Part shown: positions 20,207-30,261 of the stretch, one piece after another
Position numbering within the stretch: position 1 is the stretch's first letter
How the letters are laid out: every line of letters begins with the position of its first letter
NCBI GenBank assembly: GCA_905479745.1
Contig: CAJQNO010000027.1
Location: 250-64,249 of the forward strand
Direction: 5' to 3'
Length of the DNA: 64,000 nt
From: an uncultured Flavobacteriaceae bacterium
GTDB lineage: Bacteria; Bacteroidota; Bacteroidia; Flavobacteriales; Flavobacteriaceae
Translations under genes and position numbers: made by a program
The notes under the pieces: model-generated
What the model saw: the letters and a program-made list of their open reading frames with translations, nothing else
Databases searched by the model: none
Told to the model about the DNA's origin: nothing

Positions 20207-20671
20207 ATGATTCCTTCTTCCCGTTTCGACCGCGCCATTAGAAAACTTTACACCGCCTTTCACGGTAATACCCTACACCCGGAGTGTGCCATGCAATGTG
20301 CTGTGGGGAACATTTGCGATAATACAGATATCTGGAAACATTTCTCGAATGAACACGGCACAACCCATCTTAATTATGTGGGGCGCGTCCATGAAAGTTT
20401 AGGACGGAAGATCAATGGATATAGTCCTTCCGAACTGTTGATGATTGAAACTGCTTTCCTCGATGGCTGCGGCTACGATCTTCCTCTCAGATCTGGGAAT
20501 AAGAGACCAGATCTTCCATTAGATCAGGATGTACTTTTCCAGGGTTTATGTAAGGCTATTGCGGTGTTGTGCGAACTGGATCAATTACCCCAATTGATGG
20601 ATGTTCACGAACTACTGAATTACCAAAGTCACGAAAAAAATGAAATCCAGGTTGAAATACAACCACTATAA
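20207..20671 (+). CDS. hypothetical protein
   Basis: 154-aa ORF with coding-like composition. No family recognised. Confidence 0.5.
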   Translation: MIPSSRFDRAIRKLYTAFHGNTLHPECAMQCAVGNICDNTDIWKHFSNEHGTTHLNYVGRVHESLGRKINGYSPSELLMIETAFLDGCGYDLPLRSGNKRPDLPLDQDVLFQGLCKAIAVLCELDQLPQLMDVHELLNYQSHEKNEIQVEIQPL

Positions 20672-20679
20672 AACAAATT

Positions 20680-21216
20680 ATGACCTTTAAAATTGATCAA
20701 GCAATTGACCTCCTGGAACGAACTCCTGAAGCTCTAAAAGCTATGTTATCCGGGCTATCTAATGACTGGACTCGTGCAAACGAAGGGGGCGATAGCTGGA
20801 GTCCTTTCGATGTGGTTGGACATTTAGTGCATGGGGAACGAACAGATTGGATCCCACGAATTTTCATCATTATGAACGATAGTGACCAGAAAACCTTTCA
20901 TCCTTACGATCGTTTTGCTCAATTTGAAGAGAGCAAGGGAAAGTCTCTGGAGGATCTGCTTGAGGAATTCGAATCCTTGCGAAGATCGAATCTTGAACAA
21001 TTAAAAGGTTTTAACTTAACCGAATCCGACCTACAGCGGAGTGGTATTCATCCCTCGCTGGGGCCAGTAACTTTATTGAATCTGTTAAGTGCATGGGTGG
21101 TTCATGATCAGGGCCATATTGCTCAAATAAGCCGTGTCCTGGCAAAACAATACAAAGATGAAGTTGGGCCGTGGACAAAATATATGACCATTCTAAAATA
21201 TAGTCCGAAAGAATGA
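20680..21216 (+). CDS. DinB family protein
   Basis: 178 aa. His triad pattern (VVGHLVHGERTDW ... VVHDQGHIAQISRVL). Confidence 0.75.
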   Translation: MTFKIDQAIDLLERTPEALKAMLSGLSNDWTRANEGGDSWSPFDVVGHLVHGERTDWIPRIFIIMNDSDQKTFHPYDRFAQFEESKGKSLEDLLEEFESLRRSNLEQLKGFNLTESDLQRSGIHPSLGPVTLLNLLSAWVVHDQGHIAQISRVLAKQYKDEVGPWTKYMTILKYSPKE

Positions 21217-22181
21217 AGTGGTTTCGGTGCTTGCTTTTACTTTCAATGATCTTATCTTGTGAGGAGACGAATCGGGAGGTTGATCCAGCAAGTACTGTGA
21301 ATGATAGTTTGTCGCAAATTTCCGAAAGTTCCCTGATAGTTCTTGGTACCATTCAGGATGGTGGATCTCCACATATTGGCTGTAAGAAAGATTGTTGTAG
21401 AACACTCTTCGAACATCCGGATTCGAATAGGAAAGTAGTATCGCTAGGACTAATACACCGGGGTAAAACATATTTGTTTGAAGCAACCCCCGATATAAGC
21501 ACCCAGGTGAAAATGCTGCAAACCCTTGCGGGATCAACTAATGAATTTCCCGACGGGATCTTTATTACCCATGCCCACATTGGTCATTATTCAGGACTAA
21601 TGTACCTGGGGAAAGAAGCCGCCGGTGCGAATGAAATTCCGGTTTACGTGATGCCTAGAATGAAACAATTTCTGGAATCGAACGGGCCGTGGAATGCCCT
21701 CGTAAATAACCATAATATCTCTCTGAGTGACCTCTCAGCCGGTGAAGAAGTTTCTTTGGCCCCCCAACTCAAGATAACTCCCTTACTGGTTCCACACAGA
21801 GATGAATATTCTGATACCGTGGGTTTTGTGATCGAATGTGTAGCAAAGAAGATATTGTTCATCCCAGACATCGACAAATGGGAGAAGTGGGAATTGTCCA
21901 TAATCGACATGATTTCGGAAGTTGATCATGCTTTCATCGATGCTACTTTTTTCTATGGGGAGGAAATACAAACCCGGGATATTTCAGAAATACCACATCC
22001 CTTTATTATCGAATCCATGGCAATGTTCGATTCTTTATCAGCTTCAGAAAAAAATAAAATACATTTCATTCATTTTAATCATACCAATCCTGTTTTGGAT
22101 TCAAGTAGTACGGCTTATAAGGATGTAATTAGGAAAGGATACCATGTCGCTCACACGAACGATGTAATTAAACTACAATAG
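21213..22181 (+). CDS. MBL-fold metallo-hydrolase (PqqB-like)
   Basis: 322 aa with a signal/lipoprotein-like N-terminus. LGTIQDGGSPHIGC, ITHAHIGHYSG metallo-beta-lactamase motif. Confidence 0.75.
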   Translation: MKWFRCLLLLSMILSCEETNREVDPASTVNDSLSQISESSLIVLGTIQDGGSPHIGCKKDCCRTLFEHPDSNRKVVSLGLIHRGKTYLFEATPDISTQVKMLQTLAGSTNEFPDGIFITHAHIGHYSGLMYLGKEAAGANEIPVYVMPRMKQFLESNGPWNALVNNHNISLSDLSAGEEVSLAPQLKITPLLVPHRDEYSDTVGFVIECVAKKILFIPDIDKWEKWELSIIDMISEVDHAFIDATFFYGEEIQTRDISEIPHPFIIESMAMFDSLSASEKNKIHFIHFNHTNPVLDSSSTAYKDVIRKGYHVAHTNDVIKLQ

Positions 22182-22226
22182 GTAACGACCAATCCTGAAC
22201 GCATTCTAATTAGTAAAACCTAAACT

Positions 22227-22934
22227 ATGAAACCCGACTTCACAAACTTAAAAGCATTATATATTAACTGTACTCTGAAGAAAACGCCGCGAATAAGTCA
22301 TACACAAGGCCTGATGAATCTTTCCGCTAATATTATGAAAAAGGAAGGGGTGGAAGTTGAACACATACGTTTTGTAGATCACAATGTGGCTTTTGGTGTT
22401 TATCATGATATGACCGAACAGGGTGTTTCTCAGGACGAATGGCCAGAACTTTGGAAAAAAGTAGATGCTGCCGATATTTTAATTATAGGTTCACCTATCT
22501 GGTTAGGCGAAAAGTCCTCTGTTGCGACTTTGTTGATCGAACGCTTGTATGGAGAAAGTGGCAGGAGAAACGAAGAAGGCCAATATTATTTCTACGGAAA
22601 AGCAGGTGGATGTCTTATCACAGGGAACGAAGACGGAGTAAAACATTGTTCAATGAGTATTCTATACGCATTACAGCATATAGGTTACAGCATTCCTCCT
22701 CAGGCTGATGCGGGCTGGATAGGTGAAGTGGGGCCCGGGCCCAGTTACCTAGATGAGGAAAGCGATGCGAGAAATAACGATTTTACAAACAGGAACACCA
22801 CATTTATGACCTACAACCTGCTTCATCTTGCGTCTATGCTGAAAAAGAACAACGGTTACGATTCTTATGGAAACTCCCGAGGTGACTGGGATGATGGTAG
22901 CCGATGGAATTTCGAAAATCCGGAATATAGATAG
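22227..22934 (+). CDS. flavodoxin-like NAD(P)H-dependent FMN reductase family protein
   Basis: 235 aa. LYINCTLKKTPRISHT...ADILIIGSPIWLGEKSS is the FMN_red-type pattern. Confidence 0.7.
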   Translation: MKPDFTNLKALYINCTLKKTPRISHTQGLMNLSANIMKKEGVEVEHIRFVDHNVAFGVYHDMTEQGVSQDEWPELWKKVDAADILIIGSPIWLGEKSSVATLLIERLYGESGRRNEEGQYYFYGKAGGCLITGNEDGVKHCSMSILYALQHIGYSIPPQADAGWIGEVGPGPSYLDEESDARNNDFTNRNTTFMTYNLLHLASMLKKNNGYDSYGNSRGDWDDGSRWNFENPEYR

Positions 22935-22956
22935 CTGGCCAAATTGAAAAAAAGAT

Positions 22957-22985
22957 AAAAGCGAGGGACATGTCCCTCGCTTTTT
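22957..22985 (+). terminator. Rho-independent terminator
   Basis: GCGAGGGACA (22961-22970) pairs perfectly with TGTCCCTCGC (22971-22980), followed by TTTTT. Confidence 0.7.
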
Positions 22986-23172
22986 AATTTCAGTGAAAGT
23001 AGATATCCTCCTAAATCCTATCACTGAATCATCATCAACTACTCCTGTTGGACAAGTGTAAACAACAATGGTTTAATTCGAGGTATGAATTCTGGTAATC
23101 TTTAACAATCTATATTTTCATAGAGGTTGGGATGCTGCATTAGCGTTAGTTTTACGGAAAACCATCGAAGTC

Positions 23173-23628
23173 ATGAAAAAGATTTTCCTCTTAACACTAG
23201 TTATTTCTTTACCCCTGATGGGGTGTCCTAAGAAACTGGTTATTGGCGAGATGACCAAAAAGGTGCAGCAACTTGAAATTCCCGGAGCCGATGTAGATTT
23301 TAAAAACATGATGATAGGGGTGGCGATGGAGATCGACGGCTGTACGCTACAACCGGAAGATTGTGAAAACCTGATCGATCCATGGAAGTCTGGAATGTTA
23401 CTTACACTTCAAAAACAGATCGAATTCATTAAAAACGATGAGAATAGTGCCGAAGTTCAATTAAAAATGGCCCAATGGGAACGTGCTATGCTCGACGGAG
23501 AGGGTGGTGATCTGCTAACCTACAACAACACTTTTACAACTTTCTCCTATCATCCGGGATATGGTTTGGAGAACATCAAAAAACGAATGGAGAAATACAT
23601 CGCATTACTAAGTAAATCCACAGATTAG
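23173..23628 (+). CDS. lipoprotein, unknown function
   Basis: 151 aa with lipobox LPLMGC. No family recognised. Confidence 0.5.
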   Translation: MKKIFLLTLVISLPLMGCPKKLVIGEMTKKVQQLEIPGADVDFKNMMIGVAMEIDGCTLQPEDCENLIDPWKSGMLLTLQKQIEFIKNDENSAEVQLKMAQWERAMLDGEGGDLLTYNNTFTTFSYHPGYGLENIKKRMEKYIALLSKSTD

Positions 23629-23629
23629 A

Positions 23630-25441
23630 TTATTCTTCTTCCTCTTTACTAAGGTACTTTTTCTCCAACTCTGCCTGAAACTCTTCCATTACGGGTTTCA
23701 CAGTACTTTCCGGAAGATCGGCAATGCGTATATACATGAGTCCGTCTACCGCATTATTGAACATAGGGTCTACATTGAAGGCGACCACCTTAGCGTTCTG
23801 CTTGATATATTTTTTGATGAGAACGGGAAGTCTAAGACTGCCGGGCTCTACCTCGTCGATGAGTTTGTCGAACTTGTTGAGGTCGGCCTCTGTCTCATCG
23901 AAAATAAAATCTTTGTCGGCATCCTTTAATTTAACCTTGAATTCCTTTTTCGGATTGATATACTGCGCGACATACGGATCGTAATAATTGGATTTCATGA
24001 ATTCGATCATGAGGGACTTGGAGAATTCGGAGAATTTGTTGCTAATGCTTACTCCCCCAATAAGAAACTTGTGCTCGGGAAATCTCAATGTGGTATGCAC
24101 GATCCCTTTCCAAAGCAAGAATAAAGGCATAGGTCTCTGCTGGTATTCTTTAATAATGAATGCCCTACCCATCTCAATGGATTGTTCCATCATCGGGTAT
24201 AGTTCGGGCTCGAACCTAAACAGATCCTGCAGGTAGAATCCATCGATCCCATACTGTGGAAAAATTCTCGAACCTAATCCCATCCTATAGGCGCCAACGA
24301 GTTTTTTGGCGTCCCCGTCCCAGAGGAACATATGGTGGTAATAGCTGTCGAATTTGTCAAGATCGGTTGCGTTGTTAGTCCCTTCCCCTACTTCTCTAAA
24401 AGTGATCTCGCGCAATCGGCCAATTTCCTGAAGTGTATTGGGTATATATTGAGCAGGCGCCAGAAAGACCTCGTAATTCTTACTTATTAGTAGTCGTTTG
24501 TCATCCTTTCTTAGTAATTCGATCTCTGTTTCCATCATCTCGATGGAGACAGCTCCGGCAATTTTTTTAGGTGCCTTCGGAATTTTTAATGTCTTCGGAA
24601 TGTTCTCGAGTAATTTTTTCTTCTGAAATGGATTTGCGAGTACATAGGTTTTTTTCCGAAGGAATTCGGTGAATTCTTCAAGAGTTTCAAGCTCCTGTTG
24701 ATCTGCCACCGAAATAGGATTACCAATACGCACTTTGATCAATCTTTCCTTTTGAGTAAGCAGCTCTGAAGGTAATTTCGCCGTGCGAAAAGTATCATTA
24801 AGTTTGGCCAATCGATAAAACATCTTACTGTTCTTGGCGTGAAAATAAATTGGTAAAACGGGTACTTCAGCTTTTTTAATAAGTTTCATAGCAGCCACTT
24901 CCCATGGTTTGTCAACAACCAGTCTGCCGTCCCGATAGGTAGACACTTCTCCTGCCGGAAATATCCCTAGGGGATGGCCTTCTTTCATATGCGAAAGTGC
25001 ATTTTTAAACCCGAGAACACTGGATTTTACATCTTTGCGATCTTCGAACGGATTTACAGGCATCACATACGGTTTTAACGGCTCGATGCGATGTAACAAA
25101 AAGTTTGCGATGATCTTGAAATCTGAACGATGTTCTAAAAGTAATTTTAATAACAATATACCATCTATTCCACCCAGCGGATGATTACTAATAGTAATAA
25201 AGGTACCCGATTTTGGGATTCGTTTCAGGTCTTCTTCGGGAATTTCGAAATTGATCTCAAATTCATCTAGCAGGGCATTTATAAATTCAAGGTCGCTAAG
25301 ATGTTTGTTGCGATCGTAGATCTTATTCATGGTATCTATCTTTAGCAACTTCATTAACGACCAGCCCATGAAAGTGCCAATAAAGCCGAATTTATCGACA
25401 TTAATAGCGCTGGCCACTTCTTTGGCATTTACTAATCCCAT
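23630..25441 (-). CDS. bifunctional acyltransferase: N-terminal PlsC-like O-acyltransferase + C-terminal GNAT-like N-acyltransferase (OlsF-like aminolipid synthase)
   Basis: 603 aa. The N-terminal half has ISNHPLGGIDG and FPAGEVS acyltransferase motifs. The C-terminal half has an OlsB/hemolysin-type GNAT pattern (FREVGEGTNN..DLDKFD..HHMFLWD...LVGAYRMG). The domain order matches published OlsF. Confidence 0.6.
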   Translation of the reverse strand: MGLVNAKEVASAINVDKFGFIGTFMGWSLMKLLKIDTMNKIYDRNKHLSDLEFINALLDEFEINFEIPEEDLKRIPKSGTFITISNHPLGGIDGILLLKLLLEHRSDFKIIANFLLHRIEPLKPYVMPVNPFEDRKDVKSSVLGFKNALSHMKEGHPLGIFPAGEVSTYRDGRLVVDKPWEVAAMKLIKKAEVPVLPIYFHAKNSKMFYRLAKLNDTFRTAKLPSELLTQKERLIKVRIGNPISVADQQELETLEEFTEFLRKKTYVLANPFQKKKLLENIPKTLKIPKAPKKIAGAVSIEMMETEIELLRKDDKRLLISKNYEVFLAPAQYIPNTLQEIGRLREITFREVGEGTNNATDLDKFDSYYHHMFLWDGDAKKLVGAYRMGLGSRIFPQYGIDGFYLQDLFRFEPELYPMMEQSIEMGRAFIIKEYQQRPMPLFLLWKGIVHTTLRFPEHKFLIGGVSISNKFSEFSKSLMIEFMKSNYYDPYVAQYINPKKEFKVKLKDADKDFIFDETEADLNKFDKLIDEVEPGSLRLPVLIKKYIKQNAKVVAFNVDPMFNNAVDGLMYIRIADLPESTVKPVMEEFQAELEKKYLSKEEEE

Positions 25442-25510
25442 GGGTTTTGGTTGTTTATACGTACTACAGTTTCCTTAGCTGTAAACACAAATATAGCGAA
25501 ACGCTATTAG

Positions 25511-26767
25511 TTATTCTTTTATCACGATCTGTACTGTATCATGGATTTCCTGTTTTAATAATACAGTTTTATTCTCCATTAATGCGTCGATTTCGGAAGG
25601 TTTGGCGTGCCGAACCGTATAAAGAGTAACTCCGTCATTACAGCTCACTTTAAATCGTTCTTTCAAACGAGCCAGCAGATCATCCAGCCTATTAAATTTG
25701 TTATCCACACATACCGAAAAACTTATTGCAGAATTCTGAATAAGTTCAACTTTCATTTTAAACTCATGAAGCCATCGGAAGATGTCGCTAATATTATCTT
25801 CCATCATAAAACTGAAATCCAGAGAAGACACAGAAATCAGAACCTGGTTTCTTTTCAGAATGAAACAAGAAGTTTCGGGATTGAGTGCGACCCCCTTTCC
25901 TACACAGGTGCCGGCATTTTCCGGATTTAAAAAGGATTTTACAAATAATGGTATCTCCTTTCGTTGTAGAGGCTGAAGGGTTTTTGGGTGAATTACGGAA
26001 GCCCCGTAGAATGCCAGTTCAATTGCTTCGGTATAGGAGATGTTATGTAAAAGGCGTGTGTTGCCAAAATACCTTGGGTCGGCATTTAATACGCCCGGAA
26101 CATCTTTCCAAATAGTCACGCTATCGGCATTGAGGCAATAAGCAAAAATAGCGGCAGTGTAGTCACTTCCCTCCCGCCCCAAAGTGGTAGAAAAATTATT
26201 TTCCAGATCCGAACCCAGGAATCCCTGAGTTACGGTGATCCCCTTAACACTCACATTCTCGGTGATCCGTTGTTGTGTTTTCTCCCAATCTACTTTAGCA
26301 TCCCTGAAATTAGCATCGGTAACAATACAGCTTCTTACATCCAGCCAGCTGTTGTTAAGCCCTTCATCCTGAAGGAAAGCGGAGACAATGGTAGTAGAGA
26401 TCAATTCTCCATAACAAACCACCTGGTCGTAAACATAAGCGTGCTTTTGAGAACGGTTGGTCTCCAGGAAGTTCTCCAGTTTCGCATAAAATTTTCTAAT
26501 CTCGTTATATACAGGATGGGATTGATTAGAAAATAATTTCATCATTATATTGTGATGATACTCTCTAAATTCCACCATCTGTGAACCCAGATCATCATTC
26601 TTACCCAGGTAGGAGCGAACGATCCCTTCAAGGTGATTGGTCATCTTCCCCATAGCCGAGACCACTACAATGAGATTGGTCTCTCTGCTGATATCTATTA
26701 CTTTTTTTAGGTTCCGAACTCCTTCGGCGTCTTTTACAGAGGCGCCTCCAAATTTAAATACTTTCAT
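25511..26767 (-). CDS. lysC: aspartate kinase
   Basis: 418 aa. MKVFKFGGASVKD, VVVVSAMGKMTN, TTLGREGSDYTAA, C-terminal ACT domains. Confidence 0.92.
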   Translation of the reverse strand: MKVFKFGGASVKDAEGVRNLKKVIDISRETNLIVVVSAMGKMTNHLEGIVRSYLGKNDDLGSQMVEFREYHHNIMMKLFSNQSHPVYNEIRKFYAKLENFLETNRSQKHAYVYDQVVCYGELISTTIVSAFLQDEGLNNSWLDVRSCIVTDANFRDAKVDWEKTQQRITENVSVKGITVTQGFLGSDLENNFSTTLGREGSDYTAAIFAYCLNADSVTIWKDVPGVLNADPRYFGNTRLLHNISYTEAIELAFYGASVIHPKTLQPLQRKEIPLFVKSFLNPENAGTCVGKGVALNPETSCFILKRNQVLISVSSLDFSFMMEDNISDIFRWLHEFKMKVELIQNSAISFSVCVDNKFNRLDDLLARLKERFKVSCNDGVTLYTVRHAKPSEIDALMENKTVLLKQEIHDTVQIVIKE

Positions 26768-26769
26768 AG

Positions 26770-27246
26770 TTAATTACCGATATATGCTTTCAAGGCAGGT
26801 TCTTCCATCTCTACCTGCCACCAATTACTTAAAATGGTTGCCCCACTGCGTTCGTAAAATTGGATCGCCGGCTTATTCCAATCCAGCACCACCCAATTTA
26901 CCCGCTTCACACCCTGATCGAGGGCGAATTTCAGTACCCGACGGTATAGTGCCTGGCCCACACCTTTCCCGCGCATTTTTTCGGTGACAATGAGATCTTC
27001 CAGATGAACTGTTCTTCCTTTCCAGGTAGAGAACCGGAAATACACCAGCGCCATTCCTACGATCTTCTTTTCAACCTCAGCAACAAAACAATCGAATTGT
27101 TTTTGATCACCAAATCCGGCGTCTTCGAGTTCTTTACGAGTCACTTCAACAGCGTTGGGTTCTTTTTCGAACTCGGCCAATTCTTTTATAAGTTGCAGCA
27201 CCGAAGACATATCTTCACGAACAGCATTTCTAATTACAATTTCCAT
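26770..27246 (-). CDS. GNAT family N-acetyltransferase (diamine acetyltransferase-like)
   Basis: 158 aa. LEDLIVTEKMRGKGVGQALY acetyl-CoA binding motif. Confidence 0.85.
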   Translation of the reverse strand: MEIVIRNAVREDMSSVLQLIKELAEFEKEPNAVEVTRKELEDAGFGDQKQFDCFVAEVEKKIVGMALVYFRFSTWKGRTVHLEDLIVTEKMRGKGVGQALYRRVLKFALDQGVKRVNWVVLDWNKPAIQFYERSGATILSNWWQVEMEEPALKAYIGN

Positions 27247-27327
27247 GGGTAGAGTTTACCGACAAATATCGGTTCAATTTTCCAAAAATCACGATATTTG
27301 CCCTAAATCTGCAACACCTTAACCGCA

Positions 27328-28332
27328 ATGCGCCATAAAAATCAGACCCTCGGGGAATTTATTATTGAAAATCAGGAAGAGTTCAAGTATTCCTCAGGAG
27401 AATTATCCCGCTTAATAAATTCGATAAGGCTGGCGGCCAAAGTGGTGAACCACGAAGTTAACAAAGCGGGGCTTGTTGATATACTTGGAGCTGCTGGCGA
27501 AACAAATGTTCAGGGTGAGAGTCAGCAGAAACTAGACGTATACGCCAACGAAGCATTTATAAAAACCCTTACCAACCGTGAGATCGTATGTGGGATCGCC
27601 AGCGAAGAAGAGGACCACTTCATTACCATAAAAGGCAGGAACCAGAACAACGATAACAAATACGTGGTTTTAATAGACCCATTGGACGGTTCTTCCAATA
27701 TAGATGTGAACGTTTCTGTGGGAACTATTTTTTCCATTTACAGGCGGGTAACACCTTCCGGCACTCCGGTAACCCTGGAGGATTTTCTACAGCCCGGGAA
27801 TAAGCAGGTAGCTGCAGGATATATAATCTACGGTACTTCTACCATGATCGTTTACACCACAGGGCACGGTGTGAATGGCTTCACGCTCAACCCGGCTATC
27901 GGGACTTACTACCATTCACATCCCAATATGAAATTCCCTGAAGATGGCTCCATTTATTCTGTGAATGAAGGTAACTATGTACATTTTCCACAGGGCGTGA
28001 AGGACTATATTAAATACTGCCAGCGGGAAGAAGAGGATCGCCCTTATACTTCGCGTTATATCGGGTCACTGGTATCCGATTTTCACAGAAATATGATAAA
28101 AGGAGGGATTTATATCTATCCAAACACTTCAAAGAATCCGGATGGGAAACTAAGACTGTTGTACGAATGTAACCCGATGGCTTTTATCGCAGAGCAGGCG
28201 GGCGGATTGGCAAGCAATGGTTTTACTCGCATCCTGGATATACAGCCTACCGAACTGCATCAAAGAGTACCATTTATCTGTGGAAGCAGAAACATGGTAC
28301 TGAAGGCCGAAGAATTTATGCAAAAGGCATAA
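27328..28332 (+). CDS. fbp: class 1 fructose-1,6-bisphosphatase
   Basis: 334 aa. [56 protein letters not shown]. Confidence 0.95.
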   Translation: MRHKNQTLGEFIIENQEEFKYSSGELSRLINSIRLAAKVVNHEVNKAGLVDILGAAGETNVQGESQQKLDVYANEAFIKTLTNREIVCGIASEEEDHFITIKGRNQNNDNKYVVLIDPLDGSSNIDVNVSVGTIFSIYRRVTPSGTPVTLEDFLQPGNKQVAAGYIIYGTSTMIVYTTGHGVNGFTLNPAIGTYYHSHPNMKFPEDGSIYSVNEGNYVHFPQGVKDYIKYCQREEEDRPYTSRYIGSLVSDFHRNMIKGGIYIYPNTSKNPDGKLRLLYECNPMAFIAEQAGGLASNGFTRILDIQPTELHQRVPFICGSRNMVLKAEEFMQKA

Positions 28333-28400
28333 AGTGTAAAATTTCCGGCTTTTGTTAACATTTTTCTTAAATTTAGCTAAACCTTTAACACCAGCGCGTC

Positions 28401-28751
28401 ATGGCGAAAAAAACTACACCAAAAGATAATTCAGGAAATATAGATTCTTCGTCCAAGATTGAAGCTATAAAAAATCTCATCTTCGGGGAGAATATCGAAC
28501 AATACGACAGTGAGTTTACAACCTTAAAAAAAGACCTTGAAAATAAGAAAAGGGAACTTCAGGCGTATATTGATGATGTTCGAAATGAGTTGATGCAGTC
28601 TATAGATTCGCTGAGTACTGATGTGAATATCCGGATTACAGATCTGGAAGATTCGTTCAATGCCAGGGCTGAGGCGCTTTCAGAAGAAAAAGTAGATCGT
28701 AAGGAACTGGGGAAACTGCTTATAAGCCTGGGTGAAAAGATTAGCTCATAA
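28401..28751 (+). CDS. coiled-coil protein, unknown function (first gene of the GTPase cassette)
   Basis: 116 aa with heptad-rich composition. Co-directional with the three following genes. Confidence 0.5.
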   Translation: MAKKTTPKDNSGNIDSSSKIEAIKNLIFGENIEQYDSEFTTLKKDLENKKRELQAYIDDVRNELMQSIDSLSTDVNIRITDLEDSFNARAEALSEEKVDRKELGKLLISLGEKISS

Positions 28752-28777
28752 CACCTATTAATACTTATTTAATACCA

Positions 28778-29599
28778 ATGGTCAAGGAGGACGAGAACAA
28801 ATTAAAGTTGCTTCGGGAGATCCTGTTGATAGATGACAGGGAAGTTGCCCGGGCAGTTTCTCAACGCCTTGACACCCTTTCCGAAACCCTCGATAAACGT
28901 GAGAAACTATCTCAAAAAGTAGATCCAATTATAGAACAACGGCTGGATCAATTTGTATCGGAGATTCCCACTACTCTTGGACCAACCATCACTAAAACTT
29001 TAAAAGAACAAATCGAAAACTCCAAAGACCAGGTGGTCGAGGCATTGTATCCCATCATGGGAAAAATGATAAAACGATACATTCAGAATGAAATAAAATT
29101 ACTTTCAGAAAATATCAACAAGAAGGTAAATAATACGTTCTCGGTAGCAGGATTTAAACGCAAGATTAGATCTGTATTTACCGGCGTTAAGGAAAGTGAC
29201 CTTATTCTTTCTGAAAGTAATATGCCCACCATAAATGAAGTGTTCATCATTGAAAAGGGATCCGGTTTATTGCTTGGAAATCACAGTACCACAGAAACCA
29301 TGGATAAGGATATGGTATCGGGGATGCTTACAGCCATTAAAAGTTTTGTGGAAGATGCGTTCTCCGGAGGAGCCCAGAATCTCGAAGCCATAGAATACGA
29401 ACTGTATACGATCCATATTCAGAATTTCTTTTCCTATTACATTGCCGTTGTGGTCTCCGGAAATTATACCCGTAGTTTCGAAAGCAAACTTGAGAACGAC
29501 CTTTTGGAGCTTTCTAAAAAACTCACTTCAAAAATAACCTCCCTCTCTCGTGAGGCGGTGGAAGAGATCCTCATAAAACATATGGCACACTGGTCCTGA
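28778..29599 (+). CDS. hypothetical protein with possible C-terminal Roadblock/LC7 (MglB-like) fold
   Basis: 273 aa. The C-terminal ~110 aa (VFIIEKGSGLLLGNH...DKDMVSGMLTAIKSFVEDAF...IEYELYTIHIQNFFSYYIAVVVSG) follow the beta-alpha-beta pattern of Roadblock domains. This rests on pattern only. Confidence 0.45.
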   Translation: MVKEDENKLKLLREILLIDDREVARAVSQRLDTLSETLDKREKLSQKVDPIIEQRLDQFVSEIPTTLGPTITKTLKEQIENSKDQVVEALYPIMGKMIKRYIQNEIKLLSENINKKVNNTFSVAGFKRKIRSVFTGVKESDLILSESNMPTINEVFIIEKGSGLLLGNHSTTETMDKDMVSGMLTAIKSFVEDAFSGGAQNLEAIEYELYTIHIQNFFSYYIAVVVSGNYTRSFESKLENDLLELSKKLTSKITSLSREAVEEILIKHMAHWS

Positions 29600-29774
29600 A
29601 TAGATAGACAAACTATTATCTGCAATATACCTTTTCAATACCCCTGAGATGGTATACAAAACCTTTAAAAATTTGACGATAAAAAATTGAATCTGTAGTT
29701 TCTTTTTATTCTCTTTGTAAATGATTGCTTCTCCTCTTAATTTATTTCATTATTTTAACCCGTGAAAAATAGAT

Positions 29775-30260
29775 ATGGCAACTGTTAAAAAAATAGTGTT
29801 ACTGGGGCATTTTGGTGTTGGGAAGACGAGTTTGGTACGCCGATATATCGATAGTGCCTTTAGCGAGGATTATCTTGTAACGGTTGGGGTCCATGTAAAG
29901 AAGAAGGATGTTATCGTAAACGATGAACCCGTAACTCTTATAATATGGGATATTGAAGGCAATAATTCCATTGAGAAAGCCCGTAGATCTTATCTTTTGG
30001 GAAGTCAGGGCTTTATTTATGTATTCGATGTGAGCCGGCAGGAAACCTATGAGGATATTAACAGCGAGATGAACTTTTTAGCGAAAAATCATGAGAACGT
30101 TCCTGTTTGTTTGGTAGGTAACAAATCGGATCTATTTACCGAAGACTTCACTAAAGAATTCTTCAAGGATAAAGAATTTGAGAATTGTTACTTCACAAGT
30201 GCAAAAACGGGAGAAAATGTAGAAGCAATGTTCCTTGATCTTGCTAAACGAACACTATAA
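29775..30260 (+). CDS. Ras/Rab-like small GTPase
   Basis: 161 aa. G1 GHFGVGKTS, G3 WDIEG, G4 GNKSDL, G5 TSAKTG. Confidence 0.85.
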   Translation: MATVKKIVLLGHFGVGKTSLVRRYIDSAFSEDYLVTVGVHVKKKDVIVNDEPVTLIIWDIEGNNSIEKARRSYLLGSQGFIYVFDVSRQETYEDINSEMNFLAKNHENVPVCLVGNKSDLFTEDFTKEFFKDKEFENCYFTSAKTGENVEAMFLDLAKRTL

Positions 30261-30261
30261 T

